Positions 9,362 through 18,202 of a stretch of 64,000 bases of DNA are shown here, in pieces. The notes under the pieces are model-generated. The model did not search any database. It was not told the origin of the DNA and saw nothing but the letters and a program-made list of their open reading frames with translations. The first letter of the stretch is position 1, and every line of letters starts with the position of its first letter. Where the stretch lies: NCBI GenBank assembly GCA_947039455.1, contig CAMQZB010000001.1, positions 15,877-79,876 on the forward strand, in the 5' to 3' direction. The stretch is from an uncultured Clostridia bacterium. Its GTDB lineage: Bacteria > Bacillota > Clostridia > Christensenellales > CAMQZB01. A program made the translations under genes and the position numbers.

Positions 9362-10236
9362 AAATTCCCCTCCAAAACCATTGTGATAATCGCCATACGA
9401 GTGAAAACCCCGTTAGTCATTTGAGTCAAAATCCGAGATTTCTCACACTCAACAACATCGTCCGCAATCTCAATTCCACGATTAACAGGAGCAGGGTGCA
9501 TGATGATAGCATTGTCTTTCATTTTAGCAACTCGCTCAGTTGTCATGCCAAAGTCCTTGTGAAAAGAGCTAGCATTCATAGTTTCATGGTGTTCATGTCT
9601 TTCAAATTGCACACGAAGAAGATTGATAATATCGCAAGTTTCAAGTGCAGTATCAATAGAAATGCTTTTTGCAGTATCGTCAGCAAAGTCAGGTGGACAG
9701 CAAATGAAAACCTCCATACCAAGGCGTTTCATAACTTCCGCATTGCCGTGAGCAACACGAGAGTGCTTGATGTCACCCATAAGGCAAATCTTCAAACCTT
9801 GAAATTTTCCAAAGTTTTCGTAAATAGACATAAGGTCAAGAAGTGTTTGAGAAGGGTGATTGATTTTTCCGTCGCCACCGTTAAAGATTGGAACGCCGAT
9901 GTTTTCAAGTTGGTTGTAATACTTATCATCGCCGTGACGAATAACTAAACCGTCAACACCAAGACATTCAAAAGTTTTGCAAGTATCGTAAAGTGTTTCC
10001 CCTTTTTTCACTGAAGAACAATCAGTGTTAAAATCGATAGGAGTAATTCCAAGGTTCAGCATAGCCATGTGAAAACTGTAAAGAGTTCTTGTGGAGTTCT
10101 CAAAAAACAAGTTAGCCATTTTAACATTGGGGAAACTTTTCTTCTTACCATTTTTGAAAGCAATAGCAAGATCAATAATTTCTTGTATTTTTTTTGTTGA
10201 AACATTTTCTAGTGTAAGTAAACCATTCATAATCAT
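9358..10236 (-). CDS. pyrB: Aspartate carbamoyltransferase catalytic subunit
   Basis: ENSTRT and HPSQTLLD motifs. First gene of the operon, ATGA overlap with pyrC. Confidence 0.9.
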   Translation of the reverse strand: MIMNGLLTLENVSTKKIQEIIDLAIAFKNGKKKSFPNVKMANLFFENSTRTLYSFHMAMLNLGITPIDFNTDCSSVKKGETLYDTCKTFECLGVDGLVIRHGDDKYYNQLENIGVPIFNGGDGKINHPSQTLLDLMSIYENFGKFQGLKICLMGDIKHSRVAHGNAEVMKRLGMEVFICCPPDFADDTAKSISIDTALETCDIINLLRVQFERHEHHETMNASSFHKDFGMTTERVAKMKDNAIIMHPAPVNRGIEIADDVVECEKSRILTQMTNGVFTRMAIITMVLEGNL

Positions 10237-10262
10237 TTTCTCCTAAACTTTGAAATTTTGCC

Positions 10263-10297
10263 CAAAAAAAAACACAGTTAATAAAAATAACTGTGTT
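10263..10297 (-). terminator. Intrinsic terminator / attenuator in the pyr leader
   Basis: On the minus strand: 10-bp stem aacacagtta/taactgtgtt, 7-nt loop, then a run of 8 U. It ends 27 nt upstream of the pyrB ATG. Confidence 0.8.
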
Positions 10298-10306
10298 TTG
10301 GAAATA

Positions 10307-10390
10307 CTAATATAAAAAGGAAATGCGACCACTGCGAAAAATCAAACTAGTCTTGAAATCGTTGAAATTGTAGACGTATTGGTTTTTCAT
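10307..10390 (-). CDS. Candidate 27-codon pyr leader peptide (MKNQYVYNFNDFKTSLIFRSGRISFLY)
   Basis: AAGGAG sits 7 nt upstream of the ATG. The stop lies 9 nt before the 5' arm of the attenuator stem. The 3' half of the ORF is U-rich. Coding status is not demonstrable from sequence alone. Confidence 0.35.
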   Translation of the reverse strand: MKNQYVYNFNDFKTSLIFRSGRISFLY

Positions 10391-10419
10391 TGGCATTCTC
10401 CTTAAATTTTACTCCTAAT

Positions 10420-10448
10420 ATTGTACCTAATATTTGGGAATATAGCAA
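10420..10448 (-). promoter_or_regulatory. Sigma-A type promoter of the pyr operon
   Basis: Minus strand reads TTGCTA, a 17-nt spacer, then TACAAT. Confidence 0.6.
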
Positions 10449-10464
10449 CTAAAAAAGTGTAGTT

Positions 10465-11205
10465 TTAGAAAATAATTTTAGCTAATTTAAATTCAGCCAC
10501 AGCGTTAATGGAATTATCATGAAGATAAGACACAACGATGTGAGAAACTGAGTTGTCAGCATTGACAATTTCGCAGTATTTAATAGTCAAAATCGAATGC
10601 AAAGGAGCTTCCGCCTTAAAGTGCAAATTCATTTCCGTTATGTAACCGCAAGCGATGTTAGGAACAAAGTCCGCAAGTATATCACCGTAATTAGAGTTTG
10701 TAAGATGCATATTTAAATCACATTGACTGTAAGTAACAGTGTGAGAGCCAACAACGGAAAGACCGTCTTTAGGAATCATTACTCTCTTTTTCAGCGTACT
10801 TTCAAGTGGTGGTGCATAACCATAGTTAGATAAATCCACCGAATTAATTTTCAAAAGACTGCGAGTGTTCACATCAATCAACGCCCAAACCCCAGTGCCT
10901 TCCATAACCACTTTGCCATTTAAAATAACATTGTAAGAACGAATAGAAGTGAATCCCGTGGTAGCCTCAGTAGGCCAAGTGTTAACAGTAATTTCTTCAG
11001 ATTGTGTAATTTTATCCCGTACAATAATATTTAGTTTGCTAATAACAAAAGCCATACCAGAATTAAATAAATCGTCATAAGAAGGTTTTTTGCTAACCAT
11101 TTGCTCCATAGCGGATTCTTGAATATATTTAATTAATTCAGTAGGACGAATATTTCCGTTAGGGTAGCAGTCCTTGTAAGCCACAATATATTTAGAAGTA
11201 TGCAT
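10465..11205 (-). CDS. Acyl-ACP thioesterase (double hot-dog, FatA/B-like)
   Basis: Length of 246 aa and overall resemblance to bacterial acyl-ACP thioesterases (two hot-dog halves; N-terminal YPNGNIRPTELIKYIQESAMEQ). Assigned by eye. Confidence 0.6.
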   Translation of the reverse strand: MHTSKYIVAYKDCYPNGNIRPTELIKYIQESAMEQMVSKKPSYDDLFNSGMAFVISKLNIIVRDKITQSEEITVNTWPTEATTGFTSIRSYNVILNGKVVMEGTGVWALIDVNTRSLLKINSVDLSNYGYAPPLESTLKKRVMIPKDGLSVVGSHTVTYSQCDLNMHLTNSNYGDILADFVPNIACGYITEMNLHFKAEAPLHSILTIKYCEIVNADNSVSHIVVSYLHDNSINAVAEFKLAKIIF

Positions 11206-11293
11206 AAAAAAATCTCCTTAGTAAATCATAAAAACCGAATCATTATCTAGTGTAAATTAGGTACAAAAAAACACTGTATATATAATGTTAATA

Positions 11294-12808
11294 TTAAAAC
11301 CAATTATTTGATATGAAATTTACAGTTTCAACCTGTGAATCTTCATCTAATTCAGTGGGTGCTTCTTCAGCTAATTCCGACTGTATTTCTTCCGTAAATT
11401 CATTCTGTGTTTCTTCAATTAATTCAATTTTATCATCAGCATAAAGCAAACGAAGAATGTATGAAAAAAGAAGAAGGAATGAAATCAAACCTAACCAACC
11501 GCCAATAACCATACGATTATCAGTGTAGTCGAAAGATTTGTGTGCAATAATCATTAAAAGCCCAGTGTTCATGAAAACGGTGATAATGCACATAATAGTA
11601 GTGGCGAACAAATGCCAATCGAACTTCCTAACAAGAAGAATAATCAAAGCAATTATAGCACCAAACATATAACGTTCATGCATTTTAAATGAGAATACAA
11701 ACACAGTAGTAATGACAAATGCCGCCATAAGTGGAACGCTCCAAACAGAAGGTTTCTTGTATAAGTAGTAAGCTGTAAAAGCACATGGAACAGCGATTGA
11801 TAAGAAGTTGAACATACCGAATAATATAGTATTAGGAAGTTCCGCAAAGTTCAAATTTAAGATACCCCAAACATTGAAAGCATTTAGAGTATAGTAAGAG
11901 TAATTGCTAACTTGATTGAAGTAAATCTCAAACGGGAATAAAATATTACCAGATAGAATAATTTTATAAGTGAAAGGAATGTTGATAATCAAAAAGAAAA
12001 TCGCACCGTACAAAAACCCCATCATAGAAGGAATAAAAGTTTCATTATGTTTAATCCAACGGAAAACGTAGTACATTCCGATAGCAGGAGCAAGGAAAAT
12101 AAATTGTATTTTAAAGCACATACCAATCATACAAACGAAAATAGCAATCAAGTCCTTTTCCTTTAGCATATAGTAAAATGCAATAATAAAAATCATAGAA
12201 GTGATACCGTCAACTTGTCCCCACATGGCGCTATTAAGTATAACCGCAGGGCAAAGGAAGTAAAAAGCTGAAATAGCCATAGCGTAAAAAGATTTTTTAG
12301 TAACCAATTTAGCGATTTTAAAAATAAATATAGTAGCAAACACATCGCAAATAATAGCAGGCAATCTTTGCAAGAAAAGCATACCAAGTTCACTAACATC
12401 AAATGTTTTAGAAAGAAATCCAATGAAAGATAACACGTACATATATAAAGGTGTGTAGTCGTGTAGCCTATTGATATTAGAAGGATCGCCATTCAAGAAA
12501 TAGAAATCGGAAAGGGGATTATTTATTAAAGATTCCGTCCAAGGAATAAAGAAAGTAGTCACATCAGGGTGAACAAGAGGGCTATAAGCATAAGTTAATC
12601 GAACTACAAGACCGACTAAAATTATAGTAGAAAAAACAACGTAAAAAATATAAGGGAATTTTTGTTCAAAATTATCCTTTTCAAAACGGTGTAATATTGC
12701 TAACCCAACTAAAAATATAGCGGTATAAATTAAAATAATTAATAATAATTTTTCAGGGGATTTCCCATCAATATATAAAGTATCCATAATATAAATAATT
12801 ATCTCCAA
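11294..12808 (-). CDS. Polytopic membrane protein, putative GT-C type glycosyl/mannosyltransferase; start codon uncertain
   Basis: More than 10 predicted TM segments. An N-terminal loop motif (HDYTPLYMYVLSFIG) resembles Gpi18/PMT/ArnT-like enzymes. Acidic C-terminal tail. Confidence 0.4.
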   Translation of the reverse strand: MEIIIYIMDTLYIDGKSPEKLLLIILIYTAIFLVGLAILHRFEKDNFEQKFPYIFYVVFSTIILVGLVVRLTYAYSPLVHPDVTTFFIPWTESLINNPLSDFYFLNGDPSNINRLHDYTPLYMYVLSFIGFLSKTFDVSELGMLFLQRLPAIICDVFATIFIFKIAKLVTKKSFYAMAISAFYFLCPAVILNSAMWGQVDGITSMIFIIAFYYMLKEKDLIAIFVCMIGMCFKIQFIFLAPAIGMYYVFRWIKHNETFIPSMMGFLYGAIFFLIINIPFTYKIILSGNILFPFEIYFNQVSNYSYYTLNAFNVWGILNLNFAELPNTILFGMFNFLSIAVPCAFTAYYLYKKPSVWSVPLMAAFVITTVFVFSFKMHERYMFGAIIALIILLVRKFDWHLFATTIMCIITVFMNTGLLMIIAHKSFDYTDNRMVIGGWLGLISFLLLFSYILRLLYADDKIELIEETQNEFTEEIQSELAEEAPTELDEDSQVETVNFISNNWF

Positions 12809-12892
12809 AATTCAAATTTCCAATCAATATTTTACCATTTAATTGTTAATATGGCAAGTTAAATAATAACATGAGAAAAAATAGTAAAATAA

Positions 12893-12921
12893 TTGACAAG
12901 AAGATAATAGAAGTATATAAT
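12893..12921 (+). promoter_or_regulatory. Sigma-A type promoter of the ribU leader
   Basis: TTGACA, a 17-nt spacer, then TATAAT. Confidence 0.7.
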
Positions 12922-12934
12922 GAAGATAACATTT

Positions 12935-13072
12935 AAATAAAACAAATTGTCTTCAGGGCAGGGTGCAATTCCCGATCGGCGGTGATAGTCCGCAAGCTAG
13001 CATAAAAATGCTGGCAGATTTGGTTAAATACCAAAACCGACAGTTAAAGTCTGGATGAAAGAAGGCGTGATT
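12935..13072 (+). promoter_or_regulatory. FMN riboswitch (RFN element)
   Basis: Matches the conserved RFN core: cttcagggcagggtgcaattcccgatcggcggt...agtccgcaagc...gatttggttaaataccaaaaccgacagttaaagtctggatgaaagaagg. It sits upstream of a riboflavin transporter gene. Confidence 0.9.
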
Positions 13073-13230
13073 TAGGCAAAATAATGAAAATAAGGGCATT
13101 TTCTATAATACCAATATAAATTATAGAAAACGCAACAAACACAATCATTAAAATTATCTTAATCACCTGCAAGACAAAAATACAGTCTTTTAGGTGTAAT
13201 AATAATTTTAAGGAGGGTGTTTTTTTTATT

Positions 13231-13896
13231 ATGAAAAATACAAAAACCCAAAAGCTTACAATCATAGCAATGCTGTCAACCCTAGCATTTATCAGCGTAT
13301 TAATGTTCCGATTACCAATATCAGTGCTACCATTTTTAAAGTACGATCCAAAGGATATAATAATCGTAATCGCAGGATTTATCTATACCCCAATGACAGC
13401 AGTAGTGATTTCAGTAATCGTTTCCACTTTAGAAATGGTAACAATAAGTGACACATTATTTATAGGATTTATCATGAATATTTTGTCAACCTGTGCTTTT
13501 ACGGTGCCGGCAAGCATAATATATCATAGACGGAAATCAATGAAAAGTGCAATATTAGGACTAGGAGTAGGAATTGTAGCTATGGTAATCGTAATGACCG
13601 CATGGAATTATTTCCTAACACCGCTGTACGCAAAAATACCACGAGAAGAAGTAATAGCAATGCTAGCACCGATAATCGTGCCATTTAACTTAATAAAAGG
13701 CGGACTAAATGCAGCAATCACAATGTTAGTATATAAACAAGCCTCAAGTGCGTTGAAAAGTGCAAACCTAATCCCAAAAACCAGTGAAAAATCAAGTAGT
13801 GTTACAAAAGAAACCAACTGGATAGTATTAATAAGTAGCGGAATAATTGTGGTTTCACTAATATTTATAATATTGGTGATGAAAGGAATACTATAA
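13231..13896 (+). CDS. ribU: Riboflavin transporter, ECF S-component
   Basis: Six-TM small membrane protein with a RibU-like N-terminus (LTIIAMLSTLAFISVLMFRLP...FLKYDPKD), preceded by the FMN riboswitch. Confidence 0.8.
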   Translation: MKNTKTQKLTIIAMLSTLAFISVLMFRLPISVLPFLKYDPKDIIIVIAGFIYTPMTAVVISVIVSTLEMVTISDTLFIGFIMNILSTCAFTVPASIIYHRRKSMKSAILGLGVGIVAMVIVMTAWNYFLTPLYAKIPREEVIAMLAPIIVPFNLIKGGLNAAITMLVYKQASSALKSANLIPKTSEKSSSVTKETNWIVLISSGIIVVSLIFIILVMKGIL

Positions 13897-14003
13897 CAGC
13901 TATGAAATATGCTTGACGAAAAGTAGTTGCAGGTGCTATATTTAATAAAGATAATAAAAGCAAGAAAAGTAAAGATAATAAATGAAAAAAATGTGAGGAT
14001 AAT

Positions 14004-14987
14004 ATGAAAATAAGAATAGGAATATACGGCTATGGAAATCTAGGCAGAGGAGTTGAATCTTCAGTGTTGCAAAATAAAGATATGGAGTTGGTGGGAGTAT
14101 TTACAAGACGTCTACCAAAAAACGTAACGACTTTATTTGACACACCAGTTTATAATGCAAAAGACATTGGCACTTTTAAAGACAAAATTGACGTATTAAT
14201 TGTATGCGGTGGATCAGCAACTGATTTGCCAATTCAAACGCCATTCTTGGCGGAAATGTTCAACGTAGTTGACAGCTTCGATACTCACGCAAATATCCCT
14301 GCGCATTTTGATAATGTAGACAGATCTTCAAGACTTTGCGGAACAACAAGTATGATTTCAGTGGGTTGGGATCCAGGAATTTTCTCACTAGGCAGACTAT
14401 ATTCTGAAACAATCCTTCCAGAAGGAAACACATATACATTCTGGGGTGAAGGTGTAAGCCAAGGTCACTCTGATGCAATCAGAAGAATCGAAGGCGTAGC
14501 TGATGCAAAACAATACACAATCCCAGTGCCAGCAACGGTTGAAAAAGTTCGTGCAGGCTCAACTGATACGTTCTCAGCAAGAGAAATGCATACAAGAGAG
14601 TGTTATGTAGTAGTGAAAGACGGCGCAGATAAATCACGTATCGAAAGAGAAATCATTCATATGCCAAACTACTTTGAAAACCATAAAACAACAGTAGCGT
14701 TTGTGTCACAAGAAGTATTAAACAAAGATTTCAGTGGCTACCCACACGGCGGATCAGTTATCCGTGCGGGAAAAACTGGAGTAGACGGAAAATCTACAGG
14801 AATAATCGAATGTTCATTGAAACTAGACAGCAATCCTGAATTTACAGCATCAGTGTTAGTAGCATATGCAAGAGCGTTAACAAGACTACACAACGACGGA
14901 GTAATCGGCTGTCTAACAGTCTACGATATCCCACCAAAATACCTAACAACAAAATCCGACCAAGAAATAATCAAAAACCTACTATAA
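14004..14987 (+). CDS. ddh: meso-Diaminopimelate D-dehydrogenase
   Basis: N-terminal IRIGIYGYGNLGRGVE closely resembles the Ddh Rossmann start. 327 aa. Confidence 0.8.
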   Translation: MKIRIGIYGYGNLGRGVESSVLQNKDMELVGVFTRRLPKNVTTLFDTPVYNAKDIGTFKDKIDVLIVCGGSATDLPIQTPFLAEMFNVVDSFDTHANIPAHFDNVDRSSRLCGTTSMISVGWDPGIFSLGRLYSETILPEGNTYTFWGEGVSQGHSDAIRRIEGVADAKQYTIPVPATVEKVRAGSTDTFSAREMHTRECYVVVKDGADKSRIEREIIHMPNYFENHKTTVAFVSQEVLNKDFSGYPHGGSVIRAGKTGVDGKSTGIIECSLKLDSNPEFTASVLVAYARALTRLHNDGVIGCLTVYDIPPKYLTTKSDQEIIKNLL

Positions 14988-14992
14988 AACAC

Positions 14993-15026
14993 AAACCCTT
15001 GCAAAAACTTGCAAGGGTTTTTTTTA
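14993..15026. terminator. Bidirectional intrinsic terminator (ddh / SLOG gene)
   Basis: 12-bp stem aaacccttgcaa/ttgcaagggttt, 4-nt loop, T-run. Confidence 0.8.
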
Positions 15027-15473
15027 TATCTCAATAACCTTTACCCGCCCCAAAGCGTATTTCTGTGTGGTCCAAGCACCGCCCGTTGTGTAAGTAATAT
15101 GTGTAATAGCAAAACACGAATTTTTAACCATCCATTCATTACGTTTGGAAATGGCGAATCTATATGGAACTTGCTCAAGTTCAGGGAAAATTATATTATC
15201 AAATAATTTTGTTTTAAGAATATTGTTAAGCTTTTCTTGTGCATTAATGCAAATATATGGTGTGATATAGTATGATTTTATAGAATAAATTGCTTTTAAA
15301 TCAAATATTAACCGAGCCATCGCACTGTCAAAATTACCATATCCGCCGCAAAAGAATGTATCTATATTTTCATTAACAATAAGGTCAATAATAGTCTTTT
15401 TTGCTTTATTAAGCAACTCAGTGGTAATATGGCATTTGCTATTTCCAATAAAAATACAAGTTTTTTCCTTCAT
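15024..15473 (-). CDS. SLOG-family protein (DUF1273/YpsA-like)
   Basis: Pattern TCIFIGNS...FFCGGYGNFDSAMARLIFDLK...KRNEWMV...TGGAWTTQKYA matches the YpsA/DUF1273 layout. Start moved to Met5 after a GAGGGGA RBS. Confidence 0.55.
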   Translation of the reverse strand: MKEKTCIFIGNSKCHITTELLNKAKKTIIDLIVNENIDTFFCGGYGNFDSAMARLIFDLKAIYSIKSYYITPYICINAQEKLNNILKTKLFDNIIFPELEQVPYRFAISKRNEWMVKNSCFAITHITYTTGGAWTTQKYALGRVKVIEI

Positions 15474-15608
15474 AAATCCCCTCACTACTGTAATATATAG
15501 CAGTATAACACATTCAGCAACATTTGTAAAGTGCTAAATATAGCAGTAATAATTTTTAATAAATTAACTATACTACTAGTGCTATCAATAGCAGTTCGGA
15601 GGTAGGTT

Positions 15609-15872
15609 ATGAAATTAGAAGATGCAGTAATTGCAAGAATTGAGGAGTTGAAAGGAATTCACGGATACACGCAATATAGATTATCGGAAGAATCAGGTGT
15701 GCCACAAACTACACTTATTTCTATTAAAAGAAAAAGAAGCAAAGATGTTGGAATTAGCAATATTTGGAAAATTAGTAGTGGTTTTGGAATAACTGTAATT
15801 GACTTTTTTAGTTCGCCATTATTTGAAAATATTGAACAAGATATAATAAAAAATATCAGCGAAATTAAATAA
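15609..15872 (+). CDS. XRE-family HTH protein
   Basis: HTH core GYTQYRLSEESGVPQTTLISIKR. 87 aa. Divergent from the SLOG gene. Confidence 0.7.
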   Translation: MKLEDAVIARIEELKGIHGYTQYRLSEESGVPQTTLISIKRKRSKDVGISNIWKISSGFGITVIDFFSSPLFENIEQDIIKNISEIK

Positions 15873-15878
15873 ATTATT

Positions 15879-15910
15879 AAACTCAAATTGTTATAATTTG
15901 AGTTTTTTAT
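15879..15910 (+). terminator. Intrinsic terminator
   Basis: 11-bp stem aaactcaaatt/aatttgagttt followed by a T-run. Confidence 0.8.
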
Positions 15911-16037
15911 TTTACAAAGTTTGGTTAACCTTACGGTAACTTGTAATTTTTTCTAAAGTGTGATAAAATATATGAAACCAAAAGAAAGAATATATTGTTT
16001 ATATTATTGAAGGGTGAAATGATAATGGGGGCGCGAA

Positions 16038-16589
16038 ATGTTTATAGTTTGTGGCATTGCAATAGATTCCAAAAACAGCGAAAAGTTTCAAGAAGTTTAT
16101 AACAGCTACGCAGGCAAGATGTTTGCGGTGGCTTTAAACTTGACGAAAAACAAGCAAGATGCGGAAGATGTTTTACAACAAACTTTGATTAGCGTATACA
16201 AAAACATATCGAAAATCGATAGTGTAACAAGCAGTCAAACCTCATGCTATTTAGTGAAAGCAACAAAAAATACTGCAATAAATCTTATGAAAAAACGTGG
16301 AAAAGATACAACGATGTGTATTGATTACATGGAAATTCAAAGTAAAACCAACGTTGAGAACGATGTGGAAATCAACTCTGACGTGGAAAAAGTTTATCAG
16401 CGTATTTTGTCACTTGATATGAAATATCGTGACGTGTTGACCTTGCATTATCTAAATCATTTCAAAACCCGTGAGATAGCAAAAATACTAAAAATCCCCA
16501 ACAACACAGTGAAAACCCGACTTGTTCGAGGAAGAAATATCTTGCTGTCTAAATTTTATAATGGAGAATTAAACAATGAAACAAAATAA
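16038..16589 (+). CDS. ECF-type sigma-70 family sigma factor
   Basis: Region 2 (AEDVLQQTLISVYKNI) and region 4 HTH (TREIAKILKIPNNTVKTRLVRGR). 183 aa. Confidence 0.8.
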   Translation: MFIVCGIAIDSKNSEKFQEVYNSYAGKMFAVALNLTKNKQDAEDVLQQTLISVYKNISKIDSVTSSQTSCYLVKATKNTAINLMKKRGKDTTMCIDYMEIQSKTNVENDVEINSDVEKVYQRILSLDMKYRDVLTLHYLNHFKTREIAKILKIPNNTVKTRLVRGRNILLSKFYNGELNNETK

Positions 16590-18054
16590 TAAAAACAATA
16601 TTAATAAAGAAGAAAATCAACTACTAGAACAAGCCTTTGATAAGTATGGAAAAGAGCTTGACGCTAGTTTTAAAGCGGTTCAACCTGAACAAGTTCCACA
16701 AGCAGTAAAGGATAAATTTCAACAAAAAAAGAAGAAACCAATCTTTAATTTCACCAAACTAAAACTAGGAATAGCAACCTCCCTTATGGCAGTTTTAATA
16801 GTCCTAGTATCAGTAATCAGCTTTGGAAACAGCGGAATTGACGGTGACGGATTAGTCTATGCAAGCGTGTATCCTGACGGATTGACTTCAACGGAATATC
16901 GTAAATACGCTAATGATTTCCAAGATAATGAAGATTATAAAACTAATGTAAACGATTTCGCAATGGCAACAGCATCTAAACTTTTAGGAGATAATGAAAG
17001 CAACGAAATTTACTCTCCACTAAGCTTATATTTCGCAATGACACTTTTAACAAGTGGTGCTGATGGTGAAACCCTAGAAGAACTTTTAGCTGTAATGAAC
17101 GAAACAACAGTTGATGAATTAGTGGATAATGCAAACACAATGTATAATGTGCTATACACAAATAACGACACATCAAAAACGCAAATTGCTAATTCATTGT
17201 GGATAGCGGATAATTTAAATTTCCAAAAAAACTATCTTGATTATGCGGAAAAGTTATTTGCTTCGATATATAATGTAGATTTTTCCGACCCCAAAACATT
17301 AGAACTTCAAAACCAATGGATAGAAGAAAACACAAATGGCACTTTAGATACTACCGATAGAAGAATTGACGCCAACGCAATTATTTCTATAATCAACACG
17401 ATATATTACTACTCAGAATGGAACGAAGAATTTGTTTCTGATGATAATATTGACGGTCAATTCACACTTGATAATGGCGAAATTATCGATACGGAATTTA
17501 TGACAAGGTACTTTAAAAAGAGTGCTACATTTTATGAAAATGAGAAATTTCAACGCTCATCATATGGACTTGATTTAAAGGACGGATCGAACGTGGTTTT
17601 CGTTCTTCCAAAAGACGGATATAATGTTTATGACTTACTAGAAACTGAAGATAGTTTAAATGAAAGTTTCTTTGGTGGAACAAAGTATAAAGGTGAATTA
17701 ACATATGAAATTCCAAAATTCACAGCAAAAAGCGAGTTTGATATTATTGAAACCATGAAAGAGCTAGGAGTGGAAAAAGCATTTGACGCTGATAATGCTG
17801 AATTTCAAAACATGTTAGCAGGAATTGAAACGGGCAGTGTATCAAAAATCAGTCAAAAAGCAAGTTTTTCTATTGACGAAAACGGCGTAGAAGCATCATC
17901 ATACACGGAAGTTGCACTGCGTGGTACTGGCGGACCTATCGCATCAATCTACAAATGCGACATGATACTTAACAAACCATTTTTGTACGGTATCGAAAAA
18001 GATGGTGTACTAATGTTCGTTGGAGTATGCAACAATCCAAATGAAATTAACTGA
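16576..18054 (+). CDS. Membrane-anchored serpin in anti-sigma position (short cytoplasmic N-terminus, one TM segment, extracytoplasmic serpin domain)
   Basis: 14-nt overlap with the sigma gene. TM segment LGIATSLMAVLIVLVSVISFG. Serpin hallmarks YSPLSLYFAMTLLTSGADGETLEEL, hinge ENGVEASSYTE and C-terminal NKPFLYGIEK...GVCNNP. Confidence 0.75.
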   Translation: MKQNNKNNINKEENQLLEQAFDKYGKELDASFKAVQPEQVPQAVKDKFQQKKKKPIFNFTKLKLGIATSLMAVLIVLVSVISFGNSGIDGDGLVYASVYPDGLTSTEYRKYANDFQDNEDYKTNVNDFAMATASKLLGDNESNEIYSPLSLYFAMTLLTSGADGETLEELLAVMNETTVDELVDNANTMYNVLYTNNDTSKTQIANSLWIADNLNFQKNYLDYAEKLFASIYNVDFSDPKTLELQNQWIEENTNGTLDTTDRRIDANAIISIINTIYYYSEWNEEFVSDDNIDGQFTLDNGEIIDTEFMTRYFKKSATFYENEKFQRSSYGLDLKDGSNVVFVLPKDGYNVYDLLETEDSLNESFFGGTKYKGELTYEIPKFTAKSEFDIIETMKELGVEKAFDADNAEFQNMLAGIETGSVSKISQKASFSIDENGVEASSYTEVALRGTGGPIASIYKCDMILNKPFLYGIEKDGVLMFVGVCNNPNEIN

Positions 18055-18136
18055 AAACATAAATCAAACTAACGTAGTAAAAAACACAAACTAAATCACC
18101 GAAAAAGCACTAAACTAAAAGAACGTAGCATATAAT

Positions 18137-18175
18137 AAAATGATGTTATTACAAAAGTAGTAACATCATTTTATA
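18137..18175 (+). terminator. Strong hairpin between the two serpin genes (terminator or 5'-UTR structure)
   Basis: 16-bp stem with 1 mismatch (aaaatgatgttattac/gtagtaacatcatttt), aaaa loop, then ttttat. It ends about 15 nt before the RBS of the next gene. Confidence 0.6.
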
Positions 18176-18202
18176 GATAAAACAGCAAGGAGAACGGAAA
18201 AA

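Noticed and set aside
9421-9948. 175-aa plus-strand ORF antisense to pyrB.
   Set aside because: It lies fully inside a well-supported gene on the other strand. It has no RBS, and its composition is typical of antisense frames in AT-rich DNA. The same reasoning applies to other antisense ORFs in the track (e.g. 1556-1861, 2522-2815, 6314-6613, 19971-20264, 20319-20633, 22117-22437, 29065-29376, 40150-40581, 41293-41667, 47661-48116, 50651-51004, 51218-51571, 54925-55254).
10298-10419. PyrR binding loop expected in a Firmicute pyr leader.
   Set aside because: I scanned the minus-strand leader for the conserved purine-rich loop (..UCCAGAGAGG..) and found nothing similar. This is reported as an absence only. 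A covariance-model scan is needed to be sure.
13044-13265. 73-aa minus-strand ORF between the FMN riboswitch and ribU.
   Set aside because: It overlaps the riboswitch expression platform and the ribU start, and is hydrophobic low-complexity sequence in an AT-rich leader.
18070-18128. AACGTAG appears twice upstream of the second serpin, and GAAC-type motifs could be ECF promoter elements.
   Set aside because: No consistent -35/-10 pair at ECF spacing was found, and no matching motif occurs upstream of the sigma gene. Promoters of this module remain unassigned.
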